Source of the DNA: Ramlibacter sp.
GTDB lineage: Bacteria; Pseudomonadota; Gammaproteobacteria; Burkholderiales; Burkholderiaceae_C
Length of the DNA: 64,000 bases
Assembly (NCBI GenBank): GCA_029237735.1
Contig: JAQZBU010000011.1
Coordinates: 24,658-88,657, forward strand
Direction: 5' to 3'
The notes under the pieces are model-generated. The model did not search any database and was not told where the DNA came from. It saw nothing but the letters and a program-made list of their open reading frames with translations. This document shows positions 30,259 through 39,307 of the stretch, piece by piece. The translations under genes were made by a program, and so were the position numbers. Within the stretch, counting starts at the first letter, position 1. Each line of letters begins with the position of its first letter.

Positions 30259-30621
30259 ATGAATTCCAAGACTCTCCTGGCCGTCGCGGCTTTCGCCGCC
30301 ATTGCCTCGTCCGCCGCGCGCGCCGACGACATCACCATCGACACCACGCCGTTCCAGTCCACGCGTACCCGCGCCGAGGTTCAGGCCGAGCTGTTCCAGT
30401 ACAAGAAGGCGGGCGTGAACCCCTGGTCCACTCGCTACAACCAGCTCGCGCAATTCAAGTCGACAAAGAGCCGCGAACAGGTGCAAGCCGAATACCGCGC
30501 CGACCGCGAGACCGTGGCCGCGCTGAATGGCGAAGACAGCGGCTCGGCGTACCTGTCGCACGTCGCAGCCACGCGCAGCGTGGACACGACGCTCGCCGGG
30601 ACGCCCATCAACGCGCAATGA
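30259..30621 (+). CDS. DUF4148-like periplasmic protein
   Basis: Signal peptide, STRTRAEVQAEL and KSREQVQAE repeats, GEDSGS. Confidence 0.85.
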   Translation: MNSKTLLAVAAFAAIASSAARADDITIDTTPFQSTRTRAEVQAELFQYKKAGVNPWSTRYNQLAQFKSTKSREQVQAEYRADRETVAALNGEDSGSAYLSHVAATRSVDTTLAGTPINAQ

Positions 30622-30645
30622 GTTTGTTCGCGAACACGGCGCATG

Positions 30646-30699
30646 CTAATTCCCACCTAAGCAAACGCTAAGGGTCACCTAAATAGCGGCGCCTAAAGT
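30646..30699 (+). promoter_or_regulatory. Four CTAA repeats at 11-bp period plus -10 TAAAGT
   Basis: CTAA at 30646, 30657, 30668 and 30679; TAAAGT at 30694. Confidence 0.7.
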
Positions 30700-30787
30700 T
30701 CAATCACGGTTGATGCTTGACCTTCACATAACAAACACCAACCGAAATTTCCGGGTTATCTCCACAAACACTGAAAGGTCCTGAATC

Positions 30788-31081
30788 ATGAACACGAAAT
30801 CCATCCTCGCCATTGCCGCCTTCGCTGCCGCCGCCGCCACCGGCGCGCATGCCGACGAAGCGGACGCATCGCAATTCGCCGTGAAGTTCGAAGGCAGCCG
30901 CACCCGCGCCGAAGTCATGGCCGAGGCAGCGAAGGTCGCCTCCACCCGCAGCACCGAGCCGGCCGGTTCGCGCGTTGCAGCGCCAGTGCAGTCCACCGTC
31001 GACGCGAAGGTGCTGCGCGCGCAAGCCGCGGAAGCTGTTCGCCTGGGCCAGATCCCGTCGGGCGAAATTGGCAATATCTAA
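30788..31081 (+). CDS. DUF4148-like periplasmic protein
   Basis: Signal peptide, SRTRAEVMAEA; leader ACTGAAAGGTCCT shared with the upstream paralog. Confidence 0.8.
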   Translation: MNTKSILAIAAFAAAAATGAHADEADASQFAVKFEGSRTRAEVMAEAAKVASTRSTEPAGSRVAAPVQSTVDAKVLRAQAAEAVRLGQIPSGEIGNI

Positions 31082-31106
31082 GCCGCGCGAAGACATTCTC
31101 CACAGC

Positions 31107-31135
31107 AAAAAAGCGCCCCTCGGGGCGCTTTTTTG
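31107..31135. terminator. Bidirectional Rho-independent terminator
   Basis: AAAAAAGCGCCCC-TC-GGGGCGCTTTTTT. Confidence 0.85.
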
Positions 31136-31156
31136 TTGGGCGCGCCCGACGCGGCT

Positions 31157-31396
31157 TCAGAAAGTGATCGTCAGTATCGGGCCGTCGGCGGGCACCACGG
31201 CCGCTCGCAGCATCTGCGCGGCAGTGCAGGTGGTTTCATCGATGCTCACGTCGCCGCTCATCGCGGGCTCGAACGCTGGATGGACAGGTGTGAGCTCGAG
31301 CGGCAGGGTCAAGGTGGAGCCGCCGCCAAGGTGACGCGAGACCGCAACGGAGGACTCCGGAGAAAACGCGGGAAAGGGCAGCAGGTCAATGGTCAT
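31157..31396 (-). CDS. Hypothetical protein
   Basis: 79-aa ATG ORF running into the bidirectional terminator; no clear RBS or motif. Confidence 0.3.
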   Translation of the reverse strand: MTIDLLPFPAFSPESSVAVSRHLGGGSTLTLPLELTPVHPAFEPAMSGDVSIDETTCTAAQMLRAAVVPADGPILTITF

Positions 31397-31562
31397 GCGA
31401 GCGCGGAAGCCAGAGTGCGGAAGAGTGCGTAATGTAACAAGCCGTCATCTGTTGTCCAGTGGACCGGGCCGACAGCGTGGCCAAAGAAGCCGCTGCGTCG
31501 ACTTTTTCACGCCTGATGCACACCTTCTGCCCTGGCGCCCATGTCCCTTTTATCACCGAGGT

Positions 31563-31590
31563 CTTGAAAAGGGACCGCGCGCCCCAATGT
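31563..31590 (+). promoter_or_regulatory. Sigma-32 (RpoH) heat-shock promoter
   Basis: CTTGAA-N13-CCCCAAT upstream of htpG, close to the CTTGAA/CCCCAT consensus. Confidence 0.75.
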
Positions 31591-31631
31591 CGCCGGGGCC
31601 ACAACGTCGATTCCGTTTCGAGACATTCGCC

Positions 31632-33504
31632 ATGAGCCAAAAACAGACACTTTCCTTCCAGGCCGAGGTGGCCCAGCTTCTGCACCTGGTCACCCATTCG
31701 CTTTATTCCAACAAGGATGCGCTTCGAGGCGCTGAACAACACCGCGCTTTATGAGGACGCGCCTAACCTGGAGGTGCGCGTCGATTTCGACAAGCAGGCG
31801 CGAACGCTCACCATCACCGACAACGGCATCGGGCTGTCGCAGCAGGAGGCGATCGACCACCTCGGTACGATCGCCAAGAGCGGTACACGCGAGTTCATGA
31901 GCCGCCTCTCGGGCGACCAGAAGGCCAAGGCTGATGAATCCGGGCAGCTGATCGGTCAGTTTGGCGTTGGCTTCTATTCGGGCTTCATCGTCGCCGACAA
32001 GATCACCGTGGAATCGCGTCGCGCCGGCCTGAAGCCTGAAGAAGGCGTGCGCTGGACCAGCACCGGCGCGGGCGACTTCGAGGTGGAGTCGATCACGCGT
32101 GCCGACCGCGGCACCAGCGTTACCTTGCACCTGCGGGAAGACGCGGGCGACTACCTGTCCACCTGGAAGCTCAAGTCGATCATCGGCAAGTACTCCGACC
32201 ATATCTCGCTGCCGATCCTCATGCGCAAGGAGGAGTGGAAGGAGGGCGAAGACAACAAAGGCGGCGAGATGGTGCTCACCGCCGAGTGGGAAACCGTCAA
32301 CCAGGCGAGCGCGCTGTGGTCGCGGCCGCGAAAGGACATCACCACCGAGCAGTACCAGGAGTTCTACAAGCAGATCAGCCATGACCAGGAGCCGCCGCTC
32401 GCGTGGTCGCACAACCGCGTCGAAGGCTCGACCGAATACATCCAGCTGCTCTACATCCCCTCCCATGCGCCGTTCGACCTGTGGAACCGCGAGAAGGCCG
32501 CCGGGGTGAAGCTCTACGTCAAGCGTGTCTTCATCATGGACGAGGCCGAAGCGCTCTTGCCCGCCTACCTGCGCTTCGTGAAGGGCGTGATCGATTCTTC
32601 GGACCTGCCGCTGAACGTCAGCCGCGAGCTGCTCCAGGAAAGTCGCGACGTGAAGGCCATCCGTGAAGGCAGCACCAAGCGTGTACTTGGCATGCTCGAG
32701 GAGATGGCGAAGGCTGAGAAAGCCGAGGACGCTTCCGCGGAAGACAAGGCCAAGTACGCGAAGTTCTACGCCGAATTCGGCGCGGTGCTCAAGGAAGGCC
32801 TGGGCGAAGATTTCGTCAATCGCGACCGGCTGGCGGGGCTGCTGCGATTCGCCTCGACGAATTCCGATACCACGAGCGTGTCGCTCGCCGACTACAAGGC
32901 GCGCATGAAGGAAGGCCAGGAAGCGATGTACTACATCACCGCCGACACGCTGGCCGCCGCCAAGAATAGCCCGCAGCTCGAAGTGTTCCGCAAGAAGGGC
33001 ATCGAAGTGCTGCTGATGACGGACCGTGTCGACGAATGGGCGCTGAACTACCTGCACGAGTTCGACGGCACGCCGCTTCAGTCCGTGGCGCGCGGCGCGG
33101 TGGACCTGGGCAAGCTGCAGGACGAGGCCGAGAAGAAAGCCGCGGAGGAAGCGGCAGAAACCTTCAAGCCGGTGCTGGAGAGGCTGAAGGAAGCGCTCAA
33201 GGACAAGGCGCAGGACGTGCGCGTCACCACGCGTCTGGTCGATTCGCCGGCTTGCCTCGTCGTCACGGACAGCGGCATGAGCATGCAGCTCGCGCGCATG
33301 CTCAAGCAGTCGGGGCAGAAGATACCCGAGGTCAAACCCGTGCTTGAAGTGAACGCCGGCCACGCGCTGGTGAAGAAGCTGGAACAGTCGGAGCACTTCG
33401 ACGACCTGGCGCACATCCTTTTCGATCAGGCGCTGCTGGCCGAGGGCGGCATGCCGGAGGACCCGGCTGCGTATGTCAGGCGGGTGAACGCGTTGCTGGT
33501 TTGA
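31632..33504 (+). pseudogene. htpG: Hsp90 chaperone HtpG, frameshifted with an apparent ~50-nt deletion at 31717/31718
   Basis: [13 protein letters not shown]...HSLYSNK, then a jump to RFEAL in another frame; the remainder is intact ([19 protein letters not shown]). Confidence 0.9.
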
Positions 33505-33538
33505 CCCGCCGACCGCGTGCGCGTGACACGTCGATCTC

Positions 33539-34507
33539 CTATTCGACCTTGCCGATCTTCTTCACGACCTCGGCCATGCGCTTGGCATCGGCCTGCACGT
33601 ACTTCTCGAAGTCGGGCGTGTCCTGGTAGAGGATGGGGCTGCCGGCGTTCAGGATCACTTCCTTCACCTTCGGGTCCATCGCGGCCGCGCGCGCCGCGGC
33701 GCGCAGGCGCTGCGCCACAGGCTCGGGCGTCGCCGCGGGAATGAACAGGCCTGACCATTGGGCGTACTCGGCGTCGTAGCCCGCGTCCTTGAGCGAAGGT
33801 GCATCGGGCAGCGCGGTGAGCTTGCCAGTGCCCCAATGGCCCAGCACTCTCAGTTTGCCGGCCTTCACGTGTTGAAGCACCGTGGCGGGCCCCGAGGAGA
33901 TGGCGTCGATCTGTCCGCCGAGCAGGGCCACCACGGCGGGACCGGCGCCGGTGAAAGGCACGTGCGTCATCTTGATGCCGGCGTTCTGCGAGAGGATTTC
34001 CATGGGCACGTGCATCGTGCCGTAATTGCCCGACGAGCCGTAGTTGATGGCGCCGGGGCGCCGCTTCGCGTCCTCGACGAAATCCTTTACCGTCTTCCAC
34101 GGTGCCTCGGCGCGGACAGCCAGCACTGTCGGGTCGGCGGTAAAGCGGGCGATCGGACGCAACGAGTTGAGCGAGAACATCTGCTGGCGGCCCAGCACGG
34201 CATCAGCCTCTGGCAGCACCGTGAGCGACGATAGCGAGAGCAGTACCGTGTAGCCGTCGGCGGGCGCCTTGGCCGCCAGGCCCATGCCGATGCCGCCTCC
34301 TGCGCCGGCCTTGTTCTCGATCACCACCGGCTGGCCGAGGTCGCGCGACATCGCCTCGGCGACCGGGCGTGCCACGATGTCGGCCAGCCCGCCCGGCGGG
34401 AACGGCACGATCATGGTGATGGGTTTGCTGGGGAATGCGGCTTGGGCGCCGGCCAGGCCCGCTGCGGACAGCAGCAGAGCGGCGGCCAGACAGTGGCGGC
34501 GATGCAT
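33539..34507 (-). CDS. Bug/TctC substrate-binding protein
   Basis: VPFPPGGLADIVAR, ENKAGAGG, PADGYT. Confidence 0.93.
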   Translation of the reverse strand: MHRRHCLAAALLLSAAGLAGAQAAFPSKPITMIVPFPPGGLADIVARPVAEAMSRDLGQPVVIENKAGAGGGIGMGLAAKAPADGYTVLLSLSSLTVLPEADAVLGRQQMFSLNSLRPIARFTADPTVLAVRAEAPWKTVKDFVEDAKRRPGAINYGSSGNYGTMHVPMEILSQNAGIKMTHVPFTGAGPAVVALLGGQIDAISSGPATVLQHVKAGKLRVLGHWGTGKLTALPDAPSLKDAGYDAEYAQWSGLFIPAATPEPVAQRLRAAARAAAMDPKVKEVILNAGSPILYQDTPDFEKYVQADAKRMAEVVKKIGKVE

Positions 34508-34583
34508 GTGGGGACTCCGTTTACAGGGATGGAACGGGTTAGCATGCTACAGTGATCGACGTCATCGCGAGAGAGTTTTCCCC

Positions 34584-35459
34584 ATGAGGATTGCCGCCTA
34601 CATCCACCAGAACCAGCCGGGCGTCGGCCTGGTCTCCGCCGACCTGGAAGAGGTTCGGCCGATCGAGCTTCAAGCTCATCAACGGGCGCTGGGCGCCCTG
34701 CCACTGATCGAGGCGATGGCGCGGGGCGAGCCCCTGCCCACGCCCGGCGCGGCCCTGCCGCTCGACCAGGTTCGGCTGACGGCCCCGCTGCCGCGCGCGC
34801 GGCGCAACATCTTCTGCGTAGGAAAGAATTACCACGCCCATGCGAAGGAGTTCGCGGGCAGCGGCTTCGACAGCAGCGCCAAATCCGGCGGGGACATTCC
34901 CGCGCATCCGATCATCTTCACCAAGGTGCCCGAGTGCGTGATCGGCCCCGGCGACACCATCGTGATCCCTGCCGATGTGTCCACCGCCATCGACTACGAA
35001 GCCGAGCTCGCCGTCATCATCGGCAAGGGCGGCAAGGGCATCAAGGCCGCCGACGCCATGCGGCATGTGTGGGGCTACACCATCGTGAACGACGTGACGT
35101 CGCGCGACTGGCAGAGCCGCCACCAGCAGTGGGATATGGGCAAGTCATTCGACACGTTCTGCCCGATGGGTCCGTGGATCGTGAGCGCCGACGAGTGTGA
35201 TGGCACGCGCACGCAGGTGCGCTGCTGGGTCAACGGCGAGGAGCGCCAGAACGCGTCCACCACCGACCTGATCTTCGATATTCCCAAGCTGATCGAAACG
35301 CTGTCGGCCGGCATCACGCTGTATCCCGGCGACGTCATCGCCACCGGAACACCGGTGGGCGTGGGCATCGGTTTCACACCGCCGAAGTATCTGAAGGCCG
35401 GCGACGTGGTCCGCGTGGAGATCGACGGGATCGGCGTGCTCGAAAATCCGGTGCGCTGA
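34584..35459 (+). CDS. Fumarylacetoacetate hydrolase family protein
   Basis: CVGKNYHAH, DYEAELAVIIG, NDVTSRD, GKSFDTFCPMGP, TGTPVGVG. Confidence 0.92.
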   Translation: MRIAAYIHQNQPGVGLVSADLEEVRPIELQAHQRALGALPLIEAMARGEPLPTPGAALPLDQVRLTAPLPRARRNIFCVGKNYHAHAKEFAGSGFDSSAKSGGDIPAHPIIFTKVPECVIGPGDTIVIPADVSTAIDYEAELAVIIGKGGKGIKAADAMRHVWGYTIVNDVTSRDWQSRHQQWDMGKSFDTFCPMGPWIVSADECDGTRTQVRCWVNGEERQNASTTDLIFDIPKLIETLSAGITLYPGDVIATGTPVGVGIGFTPPKYLKAGDVVRVEIDGIGVLENPVR

Positions 35460-35528
35460 ACGGGCGCATGTGCCCAGGCTTGCGGTTCATCAAGCGGGCC
35501 GCCGCAGGCGGCTGTTAGCCTCGGTGGC

Positions 35529-36017
35529 ATGAACTATCCAGGTATCGCCGCGGCAATCAAGCGGCTCATGTTCGCAGCCGTTGTTGCCGCTGCCTCGTCC
35601 AGCTTCGCCGCAACCCTGCAAAGCGGTGATCCGCTGCCTTCCATGCCGCTGAAGGATCAGCATGCGAAGAGCCTGCCGGTGCCCGCCGACACCCGGGTCG
35701 TCTTCTTCGCAGCCGAGATGACGTCGAGCAAGCTCATGTCCAAAGCGCTGGACAGCTTGCCGCCGACGGCCCTCAAGGACAACAAGGCCATCTACATCGC
35801 GGACATCAGCAGCATGCCGGGGCCGATCAGCAGCATTGTTGCCATGCCCAAGATGCAGAAGCTGCCCTACGCGGTGGCGGTGGTCAAGGACGCCAGTGAA
35901 ACTTCGGCACTGCCACGCAAGGCCGGCGCGGTGACCGTCCTCAAGACGAATGGCGGAAAGATCAGCGCCATCGACTTTGCGACGACCGCGGAACAGATCG
36001 CCGCCCTCCTGAAATAA
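35529..36017 (+). CDS. Secreted protein, possible Cys-less thioredoxin-like fold
   Basis: Signal peptide; GDPLPSMPLKDQH resembles AhpC/TSA N-termini; no CxxC. Confidence 0.65.
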   Translation: MNYPGIAAAIKRLMFAAVVAAASSSFAATLQSGDPLPSMPLKDQHAKSLPVPADTRVVFFAAEMTSSKLMSKALDSLPPTALKDNKAIYIADISSMPGPISSIVAMPKMQKLPYAVAVVKDASETSALPRKAGAVTVLKTNGGKISAIDFATTAEQIAALLK

Positions 36018-36028
36018 TCGCGGCGCAG

Positions 36029-37030
36029 CTAGACCACGAGCGGCGGTTCTTCCATCGCCTCGATCTGCTCCTCCAGCATCAGCACCTGGCCCTGCCAGTA
36101 GTCGCTGGAGCCGAACCACGGAAAGTTGATCGGGAAGATCGGGTCATCCCAGCGCCGCGCCAGCCACGCGCTGTAGTGGATCAGGCGCAGCGTGCGCAGC
36201 GGCTCGATCAGCGCGAGTTCTTCGCGATCGAACTCGCGCATCTGCTCGTAACCATCCACCAGCGCGCCGAGTTGCCGCTGCCGTTGCACCCGTTCGCCGG
36301 AGAGCAGCATCCACAGGTCCTGCACGGCCGGGCCGGTGCGCGCATCATCGAGGTCGACGAAATGCGGGCCCTGGCCGGGCGTCCAGAGAATGTTGCCCGG
36401 ATGGCAATCGCCATGCAGGCGGATCATGCGGATGCCGCTGCTGGCTTTGCCGCCCACGGCCGTGTCCTCGATCATGCGCAGGGCCTCGTTGCAACGCTTT
36501 TCCCAGGCCGACTGCACGTCGAGCGGAACCTTGTCGTTTTCGAGCAGCCAGTTGCGCGACTCGATGCCGAAGCTGCGAAGGTCGAGCGCCGGGCGCGTGG
36601 TGAAAGGCCTGGCCGCACCGACGACATGAATGCGCGCGAGGAATCGCCCGATCCACTCCAGCACTTCCCCATCGTCGAGCTCGGGCGCGCGGCCGCCGCG
36701 GCGCGGGCTCACGCTGAAGGAGAAGCCGCCGTGCTGGTGCAGCGTGGCCCCGTTCAACACCAGCGGAGCGACGGCGGGCACTTCGGCCGCGGCCAGTTCG
36801 GCCGAGAACGCATGTTCTTCCAGGATCTGCGCGTCGCTCCAGCGGCCCGGGCGGTAGAACTTGGCGACCACCGCCGCATGGCCTTCCACAGGTTCTTCGA
36901 GAAACGCCTGATAAACGCGGTTCTCGTACGAGCTCAGCGCCATCAACCGGCCGTCGCCGCGCAGGCCGACGGCAGCCAGCGCGTCCATGACGACATCGGG
37001 CGTGAGGATTTCATAAGGGTGCGACGACAT
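36029..37030 (-). CDS. srkA: Stress-response Ser/Thr kinase SrkA (RdoA/YihE)
   Basis: SYENRVY, AKFYRPGRWS, LHGDCHPGN, DLDD, AWLARRWDDP. Confidence 0.92.
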   Translation of the reverse strand: MSSHPYEILTPDVVMDALAAVGLRGDGRLMALSSYENRVYQAFLEEPVEGHAAVVAKFYRPGRWSDAQILEEHAFSAELAAAEVPAVAPLVLNGATLHQHGGFSFSVSPRRGGRAPELDDGEVLEWIGRFLARIHVVGAARPFTTRPALDLRSFGIESRNWLLENDKVPLDVQSAWEKRCNEALRMIEDTAVGGKASSGIRMIRLHGDCHPGNILWTPGQGPHFVDLDDARTGPAVQDLWMLLSGERVQRQRQLGALVDGYEQMREFDREELALIEPLRTLRLIHYSAWLARRWDDPIFPINFPWFGSSDYWQGQVLMLEEQIEAMEEPPLVV

Positions 37031-38477
37031 GGCCCATTGTCGCCGCTGCGAGCCGCTCGAAGGGCAGCGCCTGCTTGACCAGCATGACGCTGCACGGCGC
37101 TTCCATGGCCACCCGAACAGGCACCGTCGCGATCAGCCGCTGCAGTTTCAATCCATGCGTGGCCGCGCCCAGGATCATCAGGCTGACGCCGTTCGTTCGC
37201 GCGTAGCGCACGAGCGCGTCCGCCACGTCCCCCGACTCCAGTACGTGGAACGAGGCGGGATGGGTTTCGAGGTCCAGGCCCAGCGCCCACTGGCGCAGGC
37301 GATCGAGCTGCCAGCGCTGCACGTGCACCTCGCTCATGCGCTCATCGGTCGCATCCATGTCGCCCGGCGCAACCACGGTGACGCAGGCCAGCCGCGCGCC
37401 GGAGCGCACGCCCAGCGAGCGCTCGGTGGCCCGGCGCAGCGAAAAAAGAGTTGCATCGCTGGCGTCCTTCCAAGGCACCGCCACCATCACGATGGGTGCC
37501 TGGTCGATCTGCGCGCTCGGCAAGGGACTCGGCTTGTAATGCAGCCCTGCCGCCTTGAGCCAGCGCTTGAGATGCACGCCCCATGAGGTACGGCGCGCGC
37601 GCAAGCCGCGCTCACCCACGTGGACCTGGTCGGGGTTGGAAAGGTCGAACGCGAGCTGCGCCGCCGAGCCATAACGCTGTTGCGCCTCGGGCTCGAGGCA
37701 GCGCAGGATGATTTCCTGCAGCCAGCCCGGCGTCTGCGGCGCCAGCACGCGCGGTGGCGGCGGGTCCATCCACAGGCGCTGCCTGAGGCCCCCACGTGTT
37801 TGCGGATCGCCAAAGGGCAGTTCTCCCGTCGCCATCTCGTAGAGCATGACGCCGATCGCGAACACGTCGCTGCGCGGATCGCCGCGCACGCCCACCACCT
37901 GTTCGGGCGCCATCCAGGGCGGCGAGCCGACGGCAACTCGCATCTCCTCGGCCATGAGGTCCGGGTAGTGCGCGTGCCAGCCGAGGCCGAAGTCCAGCAG
38001 CACAGCCCGCCCGTCCGGGCGGATCATCACGTTGCCGGGCTTGATGTCGAGGTGGACCGCGTCCTGCTGGTGCAGGCTGTGCGCGGCTGTCGCCACCGCG
38101 GCGCCCACGCGCGCGATTTCTTCGGCGGATGGGCGAAGACGTTCACGGGCCGCCTGGTCGATTCGATCCTGCAGCGACTGGCCTTCGATGTACTCCATCA
38201 CGAGGTAGGGCACGCGAGTCAGGTCGCCTGCCGCGATGAAGCGCGGCACATGCGGGCCCGACAGCACCTGCAGCATCTGGTGCTCGACTTCGAAGCTGAC
38301 GATCGTCTCCGCGCCGTCGCCGCCCGTCATGCGCGGCACCTTCATTGCCATGGGAAAGCCGGCGTTACGGGACGGGTCGGTGTACGTCACCTCGTAGATG
38401 TGTGCCATGCCGCCGGCGTGAAGGCACTCGCCCACGATGAACCCGTCGATCCCGGTGCCGGCTTCGAGCAGCTTCAT
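37011..38477 (-). CDS. Hanks-type Ser/Thr kinase fused to a universal stress protein domain
   Basis: GGMAHIY, MKVP, HLDIKPGN, DFG, APE, SDVFAIG; C-terminal USP (MVAV...ILGA...APCSVMLVK). Confidence 0.88.
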   Translation of the reverse strand: MKLLEAGTGIDGFIVGECLHAGGMAHIYEVTYTDPSRNAGFPMAMKVPRMTGGDGAETIVSFEVEHQMLQVLSGPHVPRFIAAGDLTRVPYLVMEYIEGQSLQDRIDQAARERLRPSAEEIARVGAAVATAAHSLHQQDAVHLDIKPGNVMIRPDGRAVLLDFGLGWHAHYPDLMAEEMRVAVGSPPWMAPEQVVGVRGDPRSDVFAIGVMLYEMATGELPFGDPQTRGGLRQRLWMDPPPPRVLAPQTPGWLQEIILRCLEPEAQQRYGSAAQLAFDLSNPDQVHVGERGLRARRTSWGVHLKRWLKAAGLHYKPSPLPSAQIDQAPIVMVAVPWKDASDATLFSLRRATERSLGVRSGARLACVTVVAPGDMDATDERMSEVHVQRWQLDRLRQWALGLDLETHPASFHVLESGDVADALVRYARTNGVSLMILGAATHGLKLQRLIATVPVRVAMEAPCSVMLVKQALPFERLAAATMGHVVAPL

Positions 38478-38481
38478 TGCC

Positions 38482-39225
38482 CTAGCGCCCCAATGCCAGC
38501 CGCGCCGCGTGCGGCTCAGGCAGCCCGGCGGCGCGTATCGCGCGCGCGGCCGCCGCGTGGTCGTACGGGACGCGCAGGAAAGTGAGGGTGAGCGATTCGG
38601 TGTCGAAGAGCGCGTACATCGCCTCGTTGCGGCCGTCGCGCGGCTGGCCGACGGAGCCTACCGTTGCGAGCCAACGGCGGTGGCGGGGTACGGGCACCGG
38701 CACGCCGGGCGTCGGCTCGAAGGGCATGGTCTTGCCCACCAGGCCCTGGAAGAACAGGCGCTGTTCGTGCACGTGGCCGCCGAACACATGGCTCGCGTCG
38801 CCGGCGAAGTCCAGGCTGTCCGCGGCGCGTTGCGCATCCTCGACATACGTCCAGCGCTCGGGCCGGTCGGCGCTGGCGTGGACGAGCAGCATGAAATCGT
38901 GGCGGTGCGTCAGGGGAAGGCCGGCCAGAAATTCGCGCTGCGGCCCGGTCAGTTGCGTGGCCGACCAGGCGGCGCCGGCATGATCGGCCCGGTCGCTGTT
39001 CGCCAGGGGCGCCAGCGCCGCATCGTCATGGTTGCCCCGGATGACCCACGCGCCCTGTTGCGCCATCTCCATCACCGTCTCCAGCACCGCGCCGGGCTCG
39101 CCTCCATAGCCCACGAGGTCACCCAGGAAGGCGTACTGCGAAGCCGAGTGCGCCCGAGCATCCGCCAGGCACGCTTGCAGCGCATGCCGGTTGGCGTGCA
39201 GGTCGGAGAGCAGGGCCAGTTTCAT
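38482..39225 (-). CDS. Calcineurin-like metallophosphoesterase
   Basis: SDLHAN, GDLVGYG, RGNHD, GHVH, GSVGQPRD. Confidence 0.92.
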   Translation of the reverse strand: MKLALLSDLHANRHALQACLADARAHSASQYAFLGDLVGYGGEPGAVLETVMEMAQQGAWVIRGNHDDAALAPLANSDRADHAGAAWSATQLTGPQREFLAGLPLTHRHDFMLLVHASADRPERWTYVEDAQRAADSLDFAGDASHVFGGHVHEQRLFFQGLVGKTMPFEPTPGVPVPVPRHRRWLATVGSVGQPRDGRNEAMYALFDTESLTLTFLRVPYDHAAAARAIRAAGLPEPHAARLALGR

Positions 39226-39307
39226 GGGCGGGTGTGCGTGAGCCTTCCATCATCCGCCGAGAAGCTGATTGCGAGCTTGCAAGGGCGCATCCGGCCGTTG
39301 ACCGAAG

